64,000 nt of DNA, taken from NCBI GenBank assembly GCA_963717145.1, contig OY970325.1:2208001-2272000 (forward strand), given 5' to 3'. Made by a program: the position numbers and the translations under genes. Numbering within the stretch: position 1 is the first letter of the stretch; the number at the start of each line of letters is the position of its first letter. Under the pieces are notes generated by a model. It was not told the DNA's origin and ran no database searches. It saw only the letters and a program-made list of their open reading frames with translations. The stretch is from an uncultured Armatimonadetes bacterium. GTDB taxonomy: Bacteria; Armatimonadota; UBA5829; DTJY01. This document shows positions 39,200-47,418 of this stretch, one piece after another.

Positions 39200-40027
39200 C
39201 TACGCTGGAGCGTACATCGGGCCGGAGAGGCCGAGGACTTCGATCTCGGTGACATCGCCGGATTCGATGAGTTCCTGCACGACTCCGGCGACCTCTTTGC
39301 GGTTCCAGCGGAACACCCAGGCGATGTCGCCGACCGACGACGCGACCGACATGCGCAGGTACCGGAGGATCAACTGCTTCTTCGCCTCTCTGGGATCGAG
39401 TGACCGAGCGCGCTCCAGGTGCTCCTCCGCGACCCAATCCCCGACGAGCGCCCAGTTGTGGATCGTCCAGCCCTCGAGCGATCCTCCCGCGGCCGTGATC
39501 CTAAAGCTCTCCTGGAGGTGCTGAAGTGCACGGTCGAGCGACCGCGTGACATCCTTGCCGATGGGGCCAAACTTCCGACGCAGATCGGGGCTCGGGATCT
39601 CCGGATGGGCCGCAATGAGATCGAGAGCGCGTCTCTCATCGCGCGACAGAATACCGTCCCGGTAGTCGTCCTGGTAGTCGCTAACCGAGGCGTAAACGGC
39701 ATACAGAAGCGGGAAGCACTCCCACGAGATGAACGTCCCGCGTCCCCGGAGCACCTTACCGTAGTAGCAGGCCCTCCTCGCCGGAAGCGTCTGCTTCAAA
39801 TCCCACCATGACCTTGCGACGGTGCTTCCCTTGGCATATGGATTGGGGTCGAAGGATTCAGGCGTCGCACGTTGAAGGCTGGGGAGATCGGCGTCCGAGA
39901 GGTCGATCAGCCAGAGGAAGCCGAGGTCGTTGATGAAGTCGAGCGCGTCGGCCTCCGAGCGGACGTGCGTGCCCGCCGTCTGACGGTAGCGGATCTTTCG
40001 ACTCTCGATCAGTTCATCAAGTGTCAT
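39200..40027 (-). CDS. winged-helix AlkZ/YcaQ-related protein
   Basis: WWDLKQTL...YYGKVLRGRGTFIS and HTH-like segments; family is inferred. Confidence 0.55.
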   Translation of the reverse strand: MTLDELIESRKIRYRQTAGTHVRSEADALDFINDLGFLWLIDLSDADLPSLQRATPESFDPNPYAKGSTVARSWWDLKQTLPARRACYYGKVLRGRGTFISWECFPLLYAVYASVSDYQDDYRDGILSRDERRALDLIAAHPEIPSPDLRRKFGPIGKDVTRSLDRALQHLQESFRITAAGGSLEGWTIHNWALVGDWVAEEHLERARSLDPREAKKQLILRYLRMSVASSVGDIAWVFRWNRKEVAGVVQELIESGDVTEIEVLGLSGPMYAPA

Positions 40028-40099
40028 GCCCTATCGTAGCATCAGGGGCATGCATCGTCAACTCGGGCCTTGGGTATGAGAGAAGCGAGGTGATGCGAA

Positions 40100-40567
40100 A
40101 TGGCAATCGCGACAGCGCCGAGACTCGAGATACGAACGATGATCCCGCCGTTCGAGCTGCCCTCAGCGGATGGGAGATCGGTGAACGTATGGCAGTTCAA
40201 GCAGCGGCAGAACCTGGTCCTGGTGTTCCTCCCAAGCCTGAATTGCCCGGGATGCGCCGAGTTCATCGAAAGCACAAGTGAGAACGCTCACGAGTATGAT
40301 GAGGAGGGCACGGTCGTTCTCCTCATCGTCAGAAGCGACATCGAAGCAGCGGTTCTACATTCACCACTTGAGGTCCTGTACGATCGGGACGGGCGCGTTA
40401 CCGAGCAGTATACGTCTGTCTTGCCGGCCGTGTTTGTTGCAGACAGGTTCGGCGAGTTGCAGGCGGAATGGCAGGGTCGGTTCCCCTCGCAGAAGGATAT
40501 TCTGGATGCCGTGGAGCTGATCAACCTCGAGTGCCCCGAATGAGGCGGCCCAGTCGAGTGGGCGTGA
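40100..40567 (+). CDS. peroxiredoxin/redoxin-like protein, probable selenoprotein (CPE-Sec-GGPVEWA)
   Basis: AhpC-like fold (PPFELP, NLVLVF, CPGC, VFVADRFG); UGA at 40541-40543 completes CxxU; frame stays open to TGA 40565-40567. Confidence 0.7.
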
Positions 40568-40579
40568 CCCACTTTCCAC

Positions 40580-41218
40580 CTACCGCGCATCCAGTGAGAC
40601 CAGGAACTGCTTCACCGGGCCGTAGACGAAGTGGTATGCGGCGTCCATCTTTCCCTCGACATCGCAGAGGTCAGTGAACGGTTCGGGATGCTGCACATCG
40701 AGTTCGATGTAGAGCTGGGACGGATCGTTGAAGAACGGCTCGATCTTCAGTTCATGTATGCCCGCCTGATGGAGCACGATCCTCAGACCGGTACCCCTGC
40801 GTCCCGCGCCCAGGAGGTCCCACTGAGCGGCAGAGACCGCGAGCATCTTGCCCTCGATGAACTGAGCAGCCTCGCCCGGACCGTCGAAGGGCAGGAACGC
40901 GGTGAGCTTCACGCCGAAGGTGAGGAATTGCTGGAGGCCGAGCCACTCCCGGGCGATCTTGAAGATCTCCATCACCTTTTCCTTGCTCGCCTGAAAGTGC
41001 ATGACGTTCTCGTTGACCTGGATGCGGTTCTGCTGCACGAAGCAGTCGCTGTCCTGGTTCGCCATGCGGATTCCGTCGGGAAGGTGCTGAAGGTTCTGGT
41101 ACGGGAATCGCTCGGTTATGTCGGCGTACAGACGGTTGAGGTTGACGTTCTGCAGCGCAATCGGCGGAAATATCAGCCCGGCGGTCAATCGCCGGCAGCC
41201 TATCAGCTCAGGGTTCAT
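40580..41218 (-). CDS. hypothetical protein
   Basis: RBS AGGAG before ATG 41218; upstream TTGACC-17-TACAAT promoter. Confidence 0.7.
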   Translation of the reverse strand: MNPELIGCRRLTAGLIFPPIALQNVNLNRLYADITERFPYQNLQHLPDGIRMANQDSDCFVQQNRIQVNENVMHFQASKEKVMEIFKIAREWLGLQQFLTFGVKLTAFLPFDGPGEAAQFIEGKMLAVSAAQWDLLGAGRRGTGLRIVLHQAGIHELKIEPFFNDPSQLYIELDVQHPEPFTDLCDVEGKMDAAYHFVYGPVKQFLVSLDAR

Positions 41219-41396
41219 CTGGCAGCTCCTATCAAGCAAGGCAGGCAACCGTTTGGTGGTGACTTCATTGTGCCAATTGTACCACCGACGGCCTCGATGG
41301 TCAAGGCGGCGAAAAAAGGCGCCTTGACCAGGTGAATTTCCTCCGATAGTGGGTAAGATCGAATACACTCAAAGTACTCGAAAGGGGTGAGCGGCG

Positions 41397-41672
41397 ATGA
41401 CAAAGCCGGAATTGATAGATGCCGTGGCGAGGGCCACCGGCATGAGAAAGTCGGACACGGGCAATGCCATTGATGCGATCTTCCTCGCAATCATGGAGGC
41501 GCTCGGCAGCGGAGAGCCGGTTGCGATCTCAGGCTTCGGCACCTTCGACGTCAAGACGCGCGCAGCCAGGATGGGGAGGAACCCCAGGACAGGCGAGCAG
41601 ATAAGTATCCCGCAGAGCACTGCATGTGTGTTCAGGCCGGGTAAGCGGCTGAAGGATGCGGTTGGCCGTTAG
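41397..41672 (+). CDS. hup: HU/IHF family DNA-binding protein
   Basis: MTKPELID...GFGTF...RAARMGRNPRTGE...FRPGKRLKDAV. Confidence 0.93.
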   Translation: MTKPELIDAVARATGMRKSDTGNAIDAIFLAIMEALGSGEPVAISGFGTFDVKTRAARMGRNPRTGEQISIPQSTACVFRPGKRLKDAVGR

Positions 41673-41744
41673 CTGCTCAGCGAAAAACAGGCTGACCACC
41701 TGAGACAAATGCCGAAGGGAGGCACGGGCCTCCCTTAATCTCGG

Positions 41745-41930
41745 CTAGTTCCGGAAAATGACACCGTGGTCCGGGCAAATGACAGTTGTTCCCGTACGCA
41801 CGCTGGCCATCGCGATGGCCAATTGCTGTTCGCAGTTCTCGTGGGGGCAAGTTATGGGCTCATCAGTTTCGTCGTACGACTCGATGAGTTTCCAGACCTC
41901 CCGGGCATAGGCATCTCTAGTCATCCTCAT
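41745..41930 (-). CDS. small putative Zn-ribbon protein (61 aa)
   Basis: CPHENC...CPDHG; RBS AAAGGAG. Confidence 0.65.
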   Translation of the reverse strand: MRMTRDAYAREVWKLIESYDETDEPITCPHENCEQQLAIAMASVRTGTTVICPDHGVIFRN

Positions 41931-42183
41931 GGCGATGCTCCTTTGAATCCTTTCATATGAGGGAGTCGGCTTCGGGCGAGATTGTTCAAAGAATCATAGT
42001 GATCTCCGATTGCATTATACCCAAATTTCGCAACGTTCACGCCAGTTTGCATCATTTGTATTTCCTCGGGAGACTCCCTCTCCGTTGCGGGGAGGGTTGG
42101 GGAGGGGTCTTCCCAGTGAGCTTGCAGGGAAGCCCTGAAACCTGCTAACATTACACCACATTCCGCGGAGAGAGAATCGGAAA

Positions 42184-43149
42184 TTGGCTGATCAGGCCGC
42201 CGTTATCACAGCATCGAAGATCCCACGATCAGGGGTGCGTTCGCTCCTCGGCCTCCGAGAGCTTCCTGCGCTCATCTTCCTGACGATCCTCATCGCCGGG
42301 ATGTCGATCTTCGCCCGGAACTTCGGCTCCAGCACCAATCTGTTCGTCATCGGGCAGGACATGGCCATCACGGGCATCATGGCCGTCGGGATGACGATGG
42401 TCATCGTCACCGGCGGCATCGACCTCTCCGTGGCCTCCGTGCTCTATCTGGCCGCCACGGTCGCCAGCATGTTGATGATGGCCGGGACAGCCATCCCGAT
42501 TGCCGTCCTGGCAGGGCTCGGCATGGGTACGGCATGCGGGTTCCTGAACGGCGCGCTGATCACCTGGCTGCGCATCCCGCCGATCATCACGACGCTCGGC
42601 ATGATGGGAATCCTTCGCGCCTCGGGCTCTCTCTACACCAAGGGCGCGTACATCGGTCCGCTGCCGATGGACTTCGCCTTTGTCGGCGTGAGATGGACCC
42701 CGGTGATCCTGCTGGCGATCATCGCGGCGGGATTCACCGTCTTTCTGTCCCGAGCGCGGCTGGGGAGATACGTACACGCAGTCGGCGGCAACGAGGAGGC
42801 GGTCCGGCTCTCGGGCATTGGGGTGAACCGAGTGAGGCACGTGGTCTACACTCTGAACGGACTGCTGGCGGCGGTATCGGGGATGATCCTGGCATCGTCG
42901 ATGAGTTCGGTGCAGTCGAACACTGCGAAGGGGTACGAGTTGGGAGTGATCGCGGCGGTGGTCATCGGCGGAACGAGCATCACCGGCGGCACCGGCTCGG
43001 TCCCGGGCACGATCATCGGAGCTGCGATCATGGCGCTCCTCTACAATGCGCTGAATCTGCTGGGGATATCGCCGTTCTGGCATCAGTTCATCATCGGCGT
43101 AGTAATCCTCGTGGCTGTGCTCATAGATCGGCTGAGGAGCGAGAGATGA
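42184..43149 (+). CDS. sugar ABC transporter permease (RbsC-like)
   Basis: GGIDLSV, GGNEEAVRLSG, IAAVVIGGTSITGGTG. Confidence 0.92.
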   Translation: MADQAAVITASKIPRSGVRSLLGLRELPALIFLTILIAGMSIFARNFGSSTNLFVIGQDMAITGIMAVGMTMVIVTGGIDLSVASVLYLAATVASMLMMAGTAIPIAVLAGLGMGTACGFLNGALITWLRIPPIITTLGMMGILRASGSLYTKGAYIGPLPMDFAFVGVRWTPVILLAIIAAGFTVFLSRARLGRYVHAVGGNEEAVRLSGIGVNRVRHVVYTLNGLLAAVSGMILASSMSSVQSNTAKGYELGVIAAVVIGGTSITGGTGSVPGTIIGAAIMALLYNALNLLGISPFWHQFIIGVVILVAVLIDRLRSER

Positions 43150-44172
43150 TGGGCGAAGCATTTGCGCAGAGATATGGAAGGGTGATGCGCGCGATGAGCA
43201 AATGCTTCGCCCCTACGCGTGCGATACTGAGATCGAAAGAATCTGTCGTCTTCGCGCTGTTCGTCGTGGTCTTTTCGGTATTTGCGTTGAGGGAGCCGAA
43301 TTTCCTGTTGGCGGACAACCTCTTCAACGTCGCACGGCAGTACTCCGAACTGGCGGTCGTGTCCGTCGGACTCACCATCGTGATCATAACCGGCGGGATC
43401 GACATCTCGGTCGGATCGATCGTCGGACTGACCTCCGTCCTGGTGGGCATCTTCGCGCTGAGGCTCGGGCTGAACATCTGGTTCTCGTGCGGATTGGCGG
43501 TGTTGGCGGCCCTGATCTGCGGTCTGATCAACGGACTCGTGGTCACGAAGGCGCGAATCCAGCCGATAGTCGCCACCCTCGCGATGTTCAGCGCCGCTCG
43601 AGGGCTCGGCGCTGGCACTGACGGAGGGGTACTCCCGCTCGGGATTCCCGGACTCGTTCGTCGGCCTCGGACAGACGGCGGTCGGGCCGGTACCACTGGC
43701 AGTCCCGGTCGCACTGATTGTCGTGGCGGTCGGGGTTGTCGTACTGCGGAAGACGCCCCTTGGTCGGGGGATCTACGCGGTCGGCGCGAGTGAACAGGCG
43801 GCCCGACTCTCCGGCATGGATACCTTCCGACTGAAGATGCTGGCATACGGCGGCACCGGTCTGCTCTGCGGACTGGCGGGTGTGATGTTGACTGCCCGAT
43901 TCGCGTCCTCCATGCCCGGCGGAGGCTCAGGTTTCGAGTTCGAGGCAATCACAGCGGTCGTCCTTGGAGGAAGCAGCCTCAAGGGCGGCGAAGGAAGTAT
44001 ACTTGGGACGATCATCGGAGTCGCAGTCATGGGCGTTCTCAGGAACGGCCTCAACCTGATCGGCGTACAAGACGACAGGCAGGTCTTGCTCCTCGGCGTT
44101 GCGCTCATACTTGCGGTCCTGGCGGACAACATCAGGCTGATGATCCGCTCGCGGCGGGAGGCACGGATCTAG
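43146..44172 (+). pseudogene. second sugar ABC permease with +1 frameshift at ~43608
   Basis: GGIDISV...SAARGL then continues ALALTEGYS...ITAVVLGG in another frame; removing one base gives 342 codons. Confidence 0.8.
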
Positions 44173-44272
44173 GGGAATGGTTCATGGGGAATGGTTGATG
44201 GTTGATGGTTAGACGGGGAATGCGGAATGAAAAGCCTCAGCCATTAGCCATGAACCATAGACCATTTCCATC
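44172..44272. repeat. inverted heptamer array (ATGGTTG-type)
   Basis: Same unit as 19095-19179. Confidence 0.7.
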
Positions 44273-44296
44273 ATCTATTCTCTCAGGAGGACGAAT

Positions 44297-45328
44297 TTGA
44301 AGCATAGAACACGCATTATCTGCATGCTGGCAGCCGTCGTGCTGGCAGTCGGCATACTGGCCGCCGGTTGCACCAGGAAGACCATCAAGCCAACCACCGC
44401 GCCCACGATGAGCACGACCACGAAGAAGCACAAGATCGCCTTCGTGATGAAGCTGCGAGGCATTCCGTACACGAACGCTATGGAGCGCGGGATGAAGCAG
44501 GCGATCGACGAACTCGGGATCGAAGCCGTCTTCCTCGGCCCACAGAGCGGCGGGGACACGATCCAGCAGATCGCGATCATAGAGGATCAGATATCGGCCG
44601 GTGTCGATGCGATCGTCATCTCGCCGAACGACGACAAGGCCGTGATCCCGGTCGTCAAGAAGGCGATGGACAAGGGCATCAAGGTCTTCACATGGGACTC
44701 CGATGCCCCGGAAAGCAAACGTATCTTCTACGTGGCGGCGGCGGACGATGTGGGCATCGGTGAGCAGATCATCGACAAGATCGCGAAGGAGATCGGCGGT
44801 AAGGGCAAGGTCGCGGTCATGACCGGCAGCCCGAACGCGCTGAACCTGAAGCTCCACGTTGATGGCGTCGTCAAAGCCGCGAAGAAGTACCCCGGCATCA
44901 AGCTGGTCGAGCCGTACATCTACAACGATGACGACCAGCAGAAGGCCATCTCAGGCGCGATCACCGTACTCCAGAGATACCCCGACCTGGCGGCATTTGC
45001 GGCGGTAAACTCGCCCGGCGTCCCGGGAGCGGCTCGCGCCTTGATCCAGACCGGCAAAGAGGGAAAGATCAAGATCTGGGGACTCTCGCTCCCGAGTGAG
45101 AACAAGGAATACCTGAAGAAGGACATCGTGAACGGCCTGATCCTCTGGGATCCCGGCAAACTGACCTACGCCACCGCCGTGCTCGTCAACGATTACCTCA
45201 ACGGCAAGAAGCCGGTCGATGGCATGGAGATCAAGGGCGTCGGCAAGCTGAAGGTAGGCAAAGGCGGGATGATCCTCATGCCGGGCGAGATCATCACGAA
45301 GGAGAATGTGGACCAGTTCGATTTCTGA
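44297..45328 (+). CDS. sugar ABC substrate-binding lipoprotein (LsrB/RhaS-like)
   Basis: Lipobox LAAGC; VDAIVISPND, TWDSDAP, LWDP. Confidence 0.88.
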   Translation: MKHRTRIICMLAAVVLAVGILAAGCTRKTIKPTTAPTMSTTTKKHKIAFVMKLRGIPYTNAMERGMKQAIDELGIEAVFLGPQSGGDTIQQIAIIEDQISAGVDAIVISPNDDKAVIPVVKKAMDKGIKVFTWDSDAPESKRIFYVAAADDVGIGEQIIDKIAKEIGGKGKVAVMTGSPNALNLKLHVDGVVKAAKKYPGIKLVEPYIYNDDDQQKAISGAITVLQRYPDLAAFAAVNSPGVPGAARALIQTGKEGKIKIWGLSLPSENKEYLKKDIVNGLILWDPGKLTYATAVLVNDYLNGKKPVDGMEIKGVGKLKVGKGGMILMPGEIITKENVDQFDF

Positions 45329-45365
45329 GTTGCAGAATCGCGCTGAATAGTGTACAATGCACTCG

Positions 45366-45460
45366 ATTGTGAGGGGGAGTAGCTAGTTCCGGCAGAGTCA
45401 ACATACTGGCCGCACGGCCTGGCTCTGCCAGCCCTGATAAGGCTTAGCGAGACCTTCGCA
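45366..45460 (+). ncRNA. yybP-ykoY Mn2+ riboswitch
   Basis: GGGGAGTAGC...GTCAACATAC...GCGAGACC core; upstream TTGCAG-17-TACAAT promoter; precedes a TMEM165 gene. Confidence 0.88.
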
Positions 45461-45499
45461 TCCGTCCGAGTTCGGACCGATGCGAAGGTCTTTTTGTTT
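45450..45499 (+). terminator. riboswitch expression-platform terminator
   Basis: AGACCTTCGCATC...GATGCGAAGGTCT followed by a T tract; overlaps the aptamer 3' strand. Confidence 0.8.
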
Positions 45500-45510
45500 G
45501 GGAGGACATC

Positions 45511-46203
45511 GTGGACGCATTCTGGTGGTCGCTCTTTGTGGTTTTCGTAGCGGAGATGGGAGACAAGACACAGCTTGTTGCCATCAGCCTCGCCACGCGG
45601 TTCAACGCTCGTGTGGTGCTCGCGGGAGTGTTTGTCGCAACCCTCTGCGTCCACCTGATCTCCGTCGGACTCGGCGGGGCTGCCGGCAAGCTTCTGCCGA
45701 CCGACTGGATACGGTTCATCTCGGGCCTGGCGTTCATCGTGTTCGGGCTGTGGACGCTCCGAGGCGACGAACTCTGCGAGGGTGATGACTGCCGCAAGGC
45801 GCGATCGCCGTTCTGGGTGGTCGCGATCACGTTCTTCATCGCGGAGTTGGGGGACAAGACGATGCTCAGTACCGTAACCCTGGCGGCTGAGAGGTCCCTG
45901 CTCTGGGTCTGGCTGGGATCGAGCCTGGGGATGGTGATCTCCGACGGGCTCGCGATAGTCGTCGGCCAGATCATGGGCAAGAGGCTGCCGGAACGTATCG
46001 TCAAGACGGTCGCAGCCTGCATATTCTTCGGCTTTGGCCTGTTCAGCAGCGTTCAAGGAGGGATCCATCTGTCTCCGGCAGTATGGGTCGCCGGGTTCGT
46101 TGCCATAGTGACCGCGGCCTATCTGATTCTCCGGCCCTGCGCCCGAGAGCAGTCTCCCGCCGAAGAGAGTCCTATCCCCGGCAAGACGCACCTGCAGCCG
46201 TAG
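45511..46203 (+). CDS. TMEM165/GDT1 (UPF0016) Mn2+/Ca2+ exporter
   Basis: Two EMGDKT/ELGDKT motifs. Confidence 0.92.
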   Translation: MDAFWWSLFVVFVAEMGDKTQLVAISLATRFNARVVLAGVFVATLCVHLISVGLGGAAGKLLPTDWIRFISGLAFIVFGLWTLRGDELCEGDDCRKARSPFWVVAITFFIAELGDKTMLSTVTLAAERSLLWVWLGSSLGMVISDGLAIVVGQIMGKRLPERIVKTVAACIFFGFGLFSSVQGGIHLSPAVWVAGFVAIVTAAYLILRPCAREQSPAEESPIPGKTHLQP

Positions 46204-46232
46204 TGGCCGCCCGGCAACAGCTCACAATCCTC

Positions 46233-46319
46233 GATAACGACTGTCATTCTGAGCGAAGCGAAGAATCTGTCTTCGAGCGGGCCAGATTCTTCGCTTCGCT
46301 CAGAATGACAATCGTTATC
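46233..46319. repeat. palindromic element, family F (TGTCATTCTGAGCGAAGCGAAGAATCTG)
   Basis: 28-bp perfect arms, extended by GATAACGA/TCGTTATC. Confidence 0.8.
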
Positions 46320-46424
46320 AAGCCCCAAAACCGGTATTCCTTCCAGCACTGACATCCTTCCCCTCGTGGCATAACCGTAGTGTAAGACGAAAAGTGAATA
46401 GCGCGAACGGAAGAAATGAATAGC

Positions 46425-46583
46425 GCCGGACGAAAAGGCAAAGCCGCCGAAAGGTGGTGACGCAAAGCCATGGATCTAACCCAGTGGGCAGCGGAGTGAG
46501 CCGAGAGAAACCCTGGCAACAATAAAGTTGGGGACTCCGGTGGGCGAAGCTGGATGCTGGCATGACAGCCAGGTTGCCGAAGG
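46425..46583 (+). ncRNA. c-di-GMP-I (GEMM) riboswitch with large P3 insertion
   Basis: GGCAAA-stem-GAAA-stem-GACGCAAAGCC...CTAA...ATGACAGCCAGGTTGCCGA consensus blocks. Confidence 0.85.
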
Positions 46584-46756
46584 ACTTCAGTCGCAACTGT
46601 ACGCGTTGTTACAGGGCGAAGCGCAGTTCCGTAGTGTTTGACGTGTGCGCGACTGAGTCTCTGAAAGCAGCCTGGCTTTTTTCGTGTCTCATCCGAAAAT
46701 GACCAGGCCGACGGGGGGCAGGAAGCCCCGTGAACACGATGGAGGAGGGATCCGAA

Positions 46757-46951
46757 ATGACGATACCGGAAGCGAAACAATATGTAGGAAAGAACTGCTG
46801 GGTAAGTTGGACTGACAGGCTCGGTGAAGAGCACAGCAAGGTGCTCCAGGTGGAGGATCTGCAGTTCCTCCCGCTCTATGGCGCATACATCATCGGCGAC
46901 ACCGAGGAAGTCAGGCTGGACAAAGTAACGACGATCCGCGCGCTCGATTGA
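46757..46951 (+). CDS. 64-aa hypothetical protein downstream of the c-di-GMP riboswitch
   Basis: RBS GGAGG; MTIPEAKQYVGKNCWVSWTDRLG... Confidence 0.75.
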   Translation: MTIPEAKQYVGKNCWVSWTDRLGEEHSKVLQVEDLQFLPLYGAYIIGDTEEVRLDKVTTIRALD

Positions 46952-47203
46952 GAGGACGCAACAGATACCTGGCCCGCATCGGGCGGGCATGGATTGCAAT
47001 GCCGAAAGGAGGACTAATACAGTTAGTCGGTTGGGATGTGAAGCTCTGACCCCTACTGTCCCTATGCACCCACAGAGCTTTGGGTCCTGCCAGCAATGCC
47101 TGAGGTTACTCCTTACCGCAGGCGCCAATCGGGGTGGGTAAGTCGTGCCCCCTTACCCACCCCACCCCTCTCTCTCCCTCAAGGTCTCCTCGCGTTCTTG
47201 CTC

Positions 47204-47233
47204 ATACTCCTACTCGTACTCGTACTCGTACTC
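47204..47233 (+). repeat. hexamer tandem repeat (TACTCG)n
   Basis: TACTCCTACTCGTACTCGTACTCGTACTC. Confidence 0.7.
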
Positions 47234-47236
47234 AAA

Positions 47237-47418
47237 TCCGGGCGAACCATTGGCGCATGCTGCCTAACGCTGGCTCAATCCGATCGGCCAATGATGTCGC
47301 CCCTACAGCCACTCCTTCCGGGCGAACTATTGGCGTATATCCCGAACGTCGGTGCAATCCGGTGGGCCAATGTTTCGCCCCTACGATCGGATGGCCGGCA
47401 CGGAGGCGCGGCCACTAC
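47237..47418. repeat. two diverged ~70-bp direct units ending TCGCCCCTAC plus a family A half-REP
   Basis: Units 47237-47306 and 47317-47384 both start TCCGGGCGAAC.ATTGGCG; half-REP at 47392-47418. Confidence 0.7.

Noticed and set aside
14986-47418. Recurrent palindromes as a CRISPR array
   Set aside because: They are dispersed rather than regularly spaced with unique spacers, and there are no cas genes.
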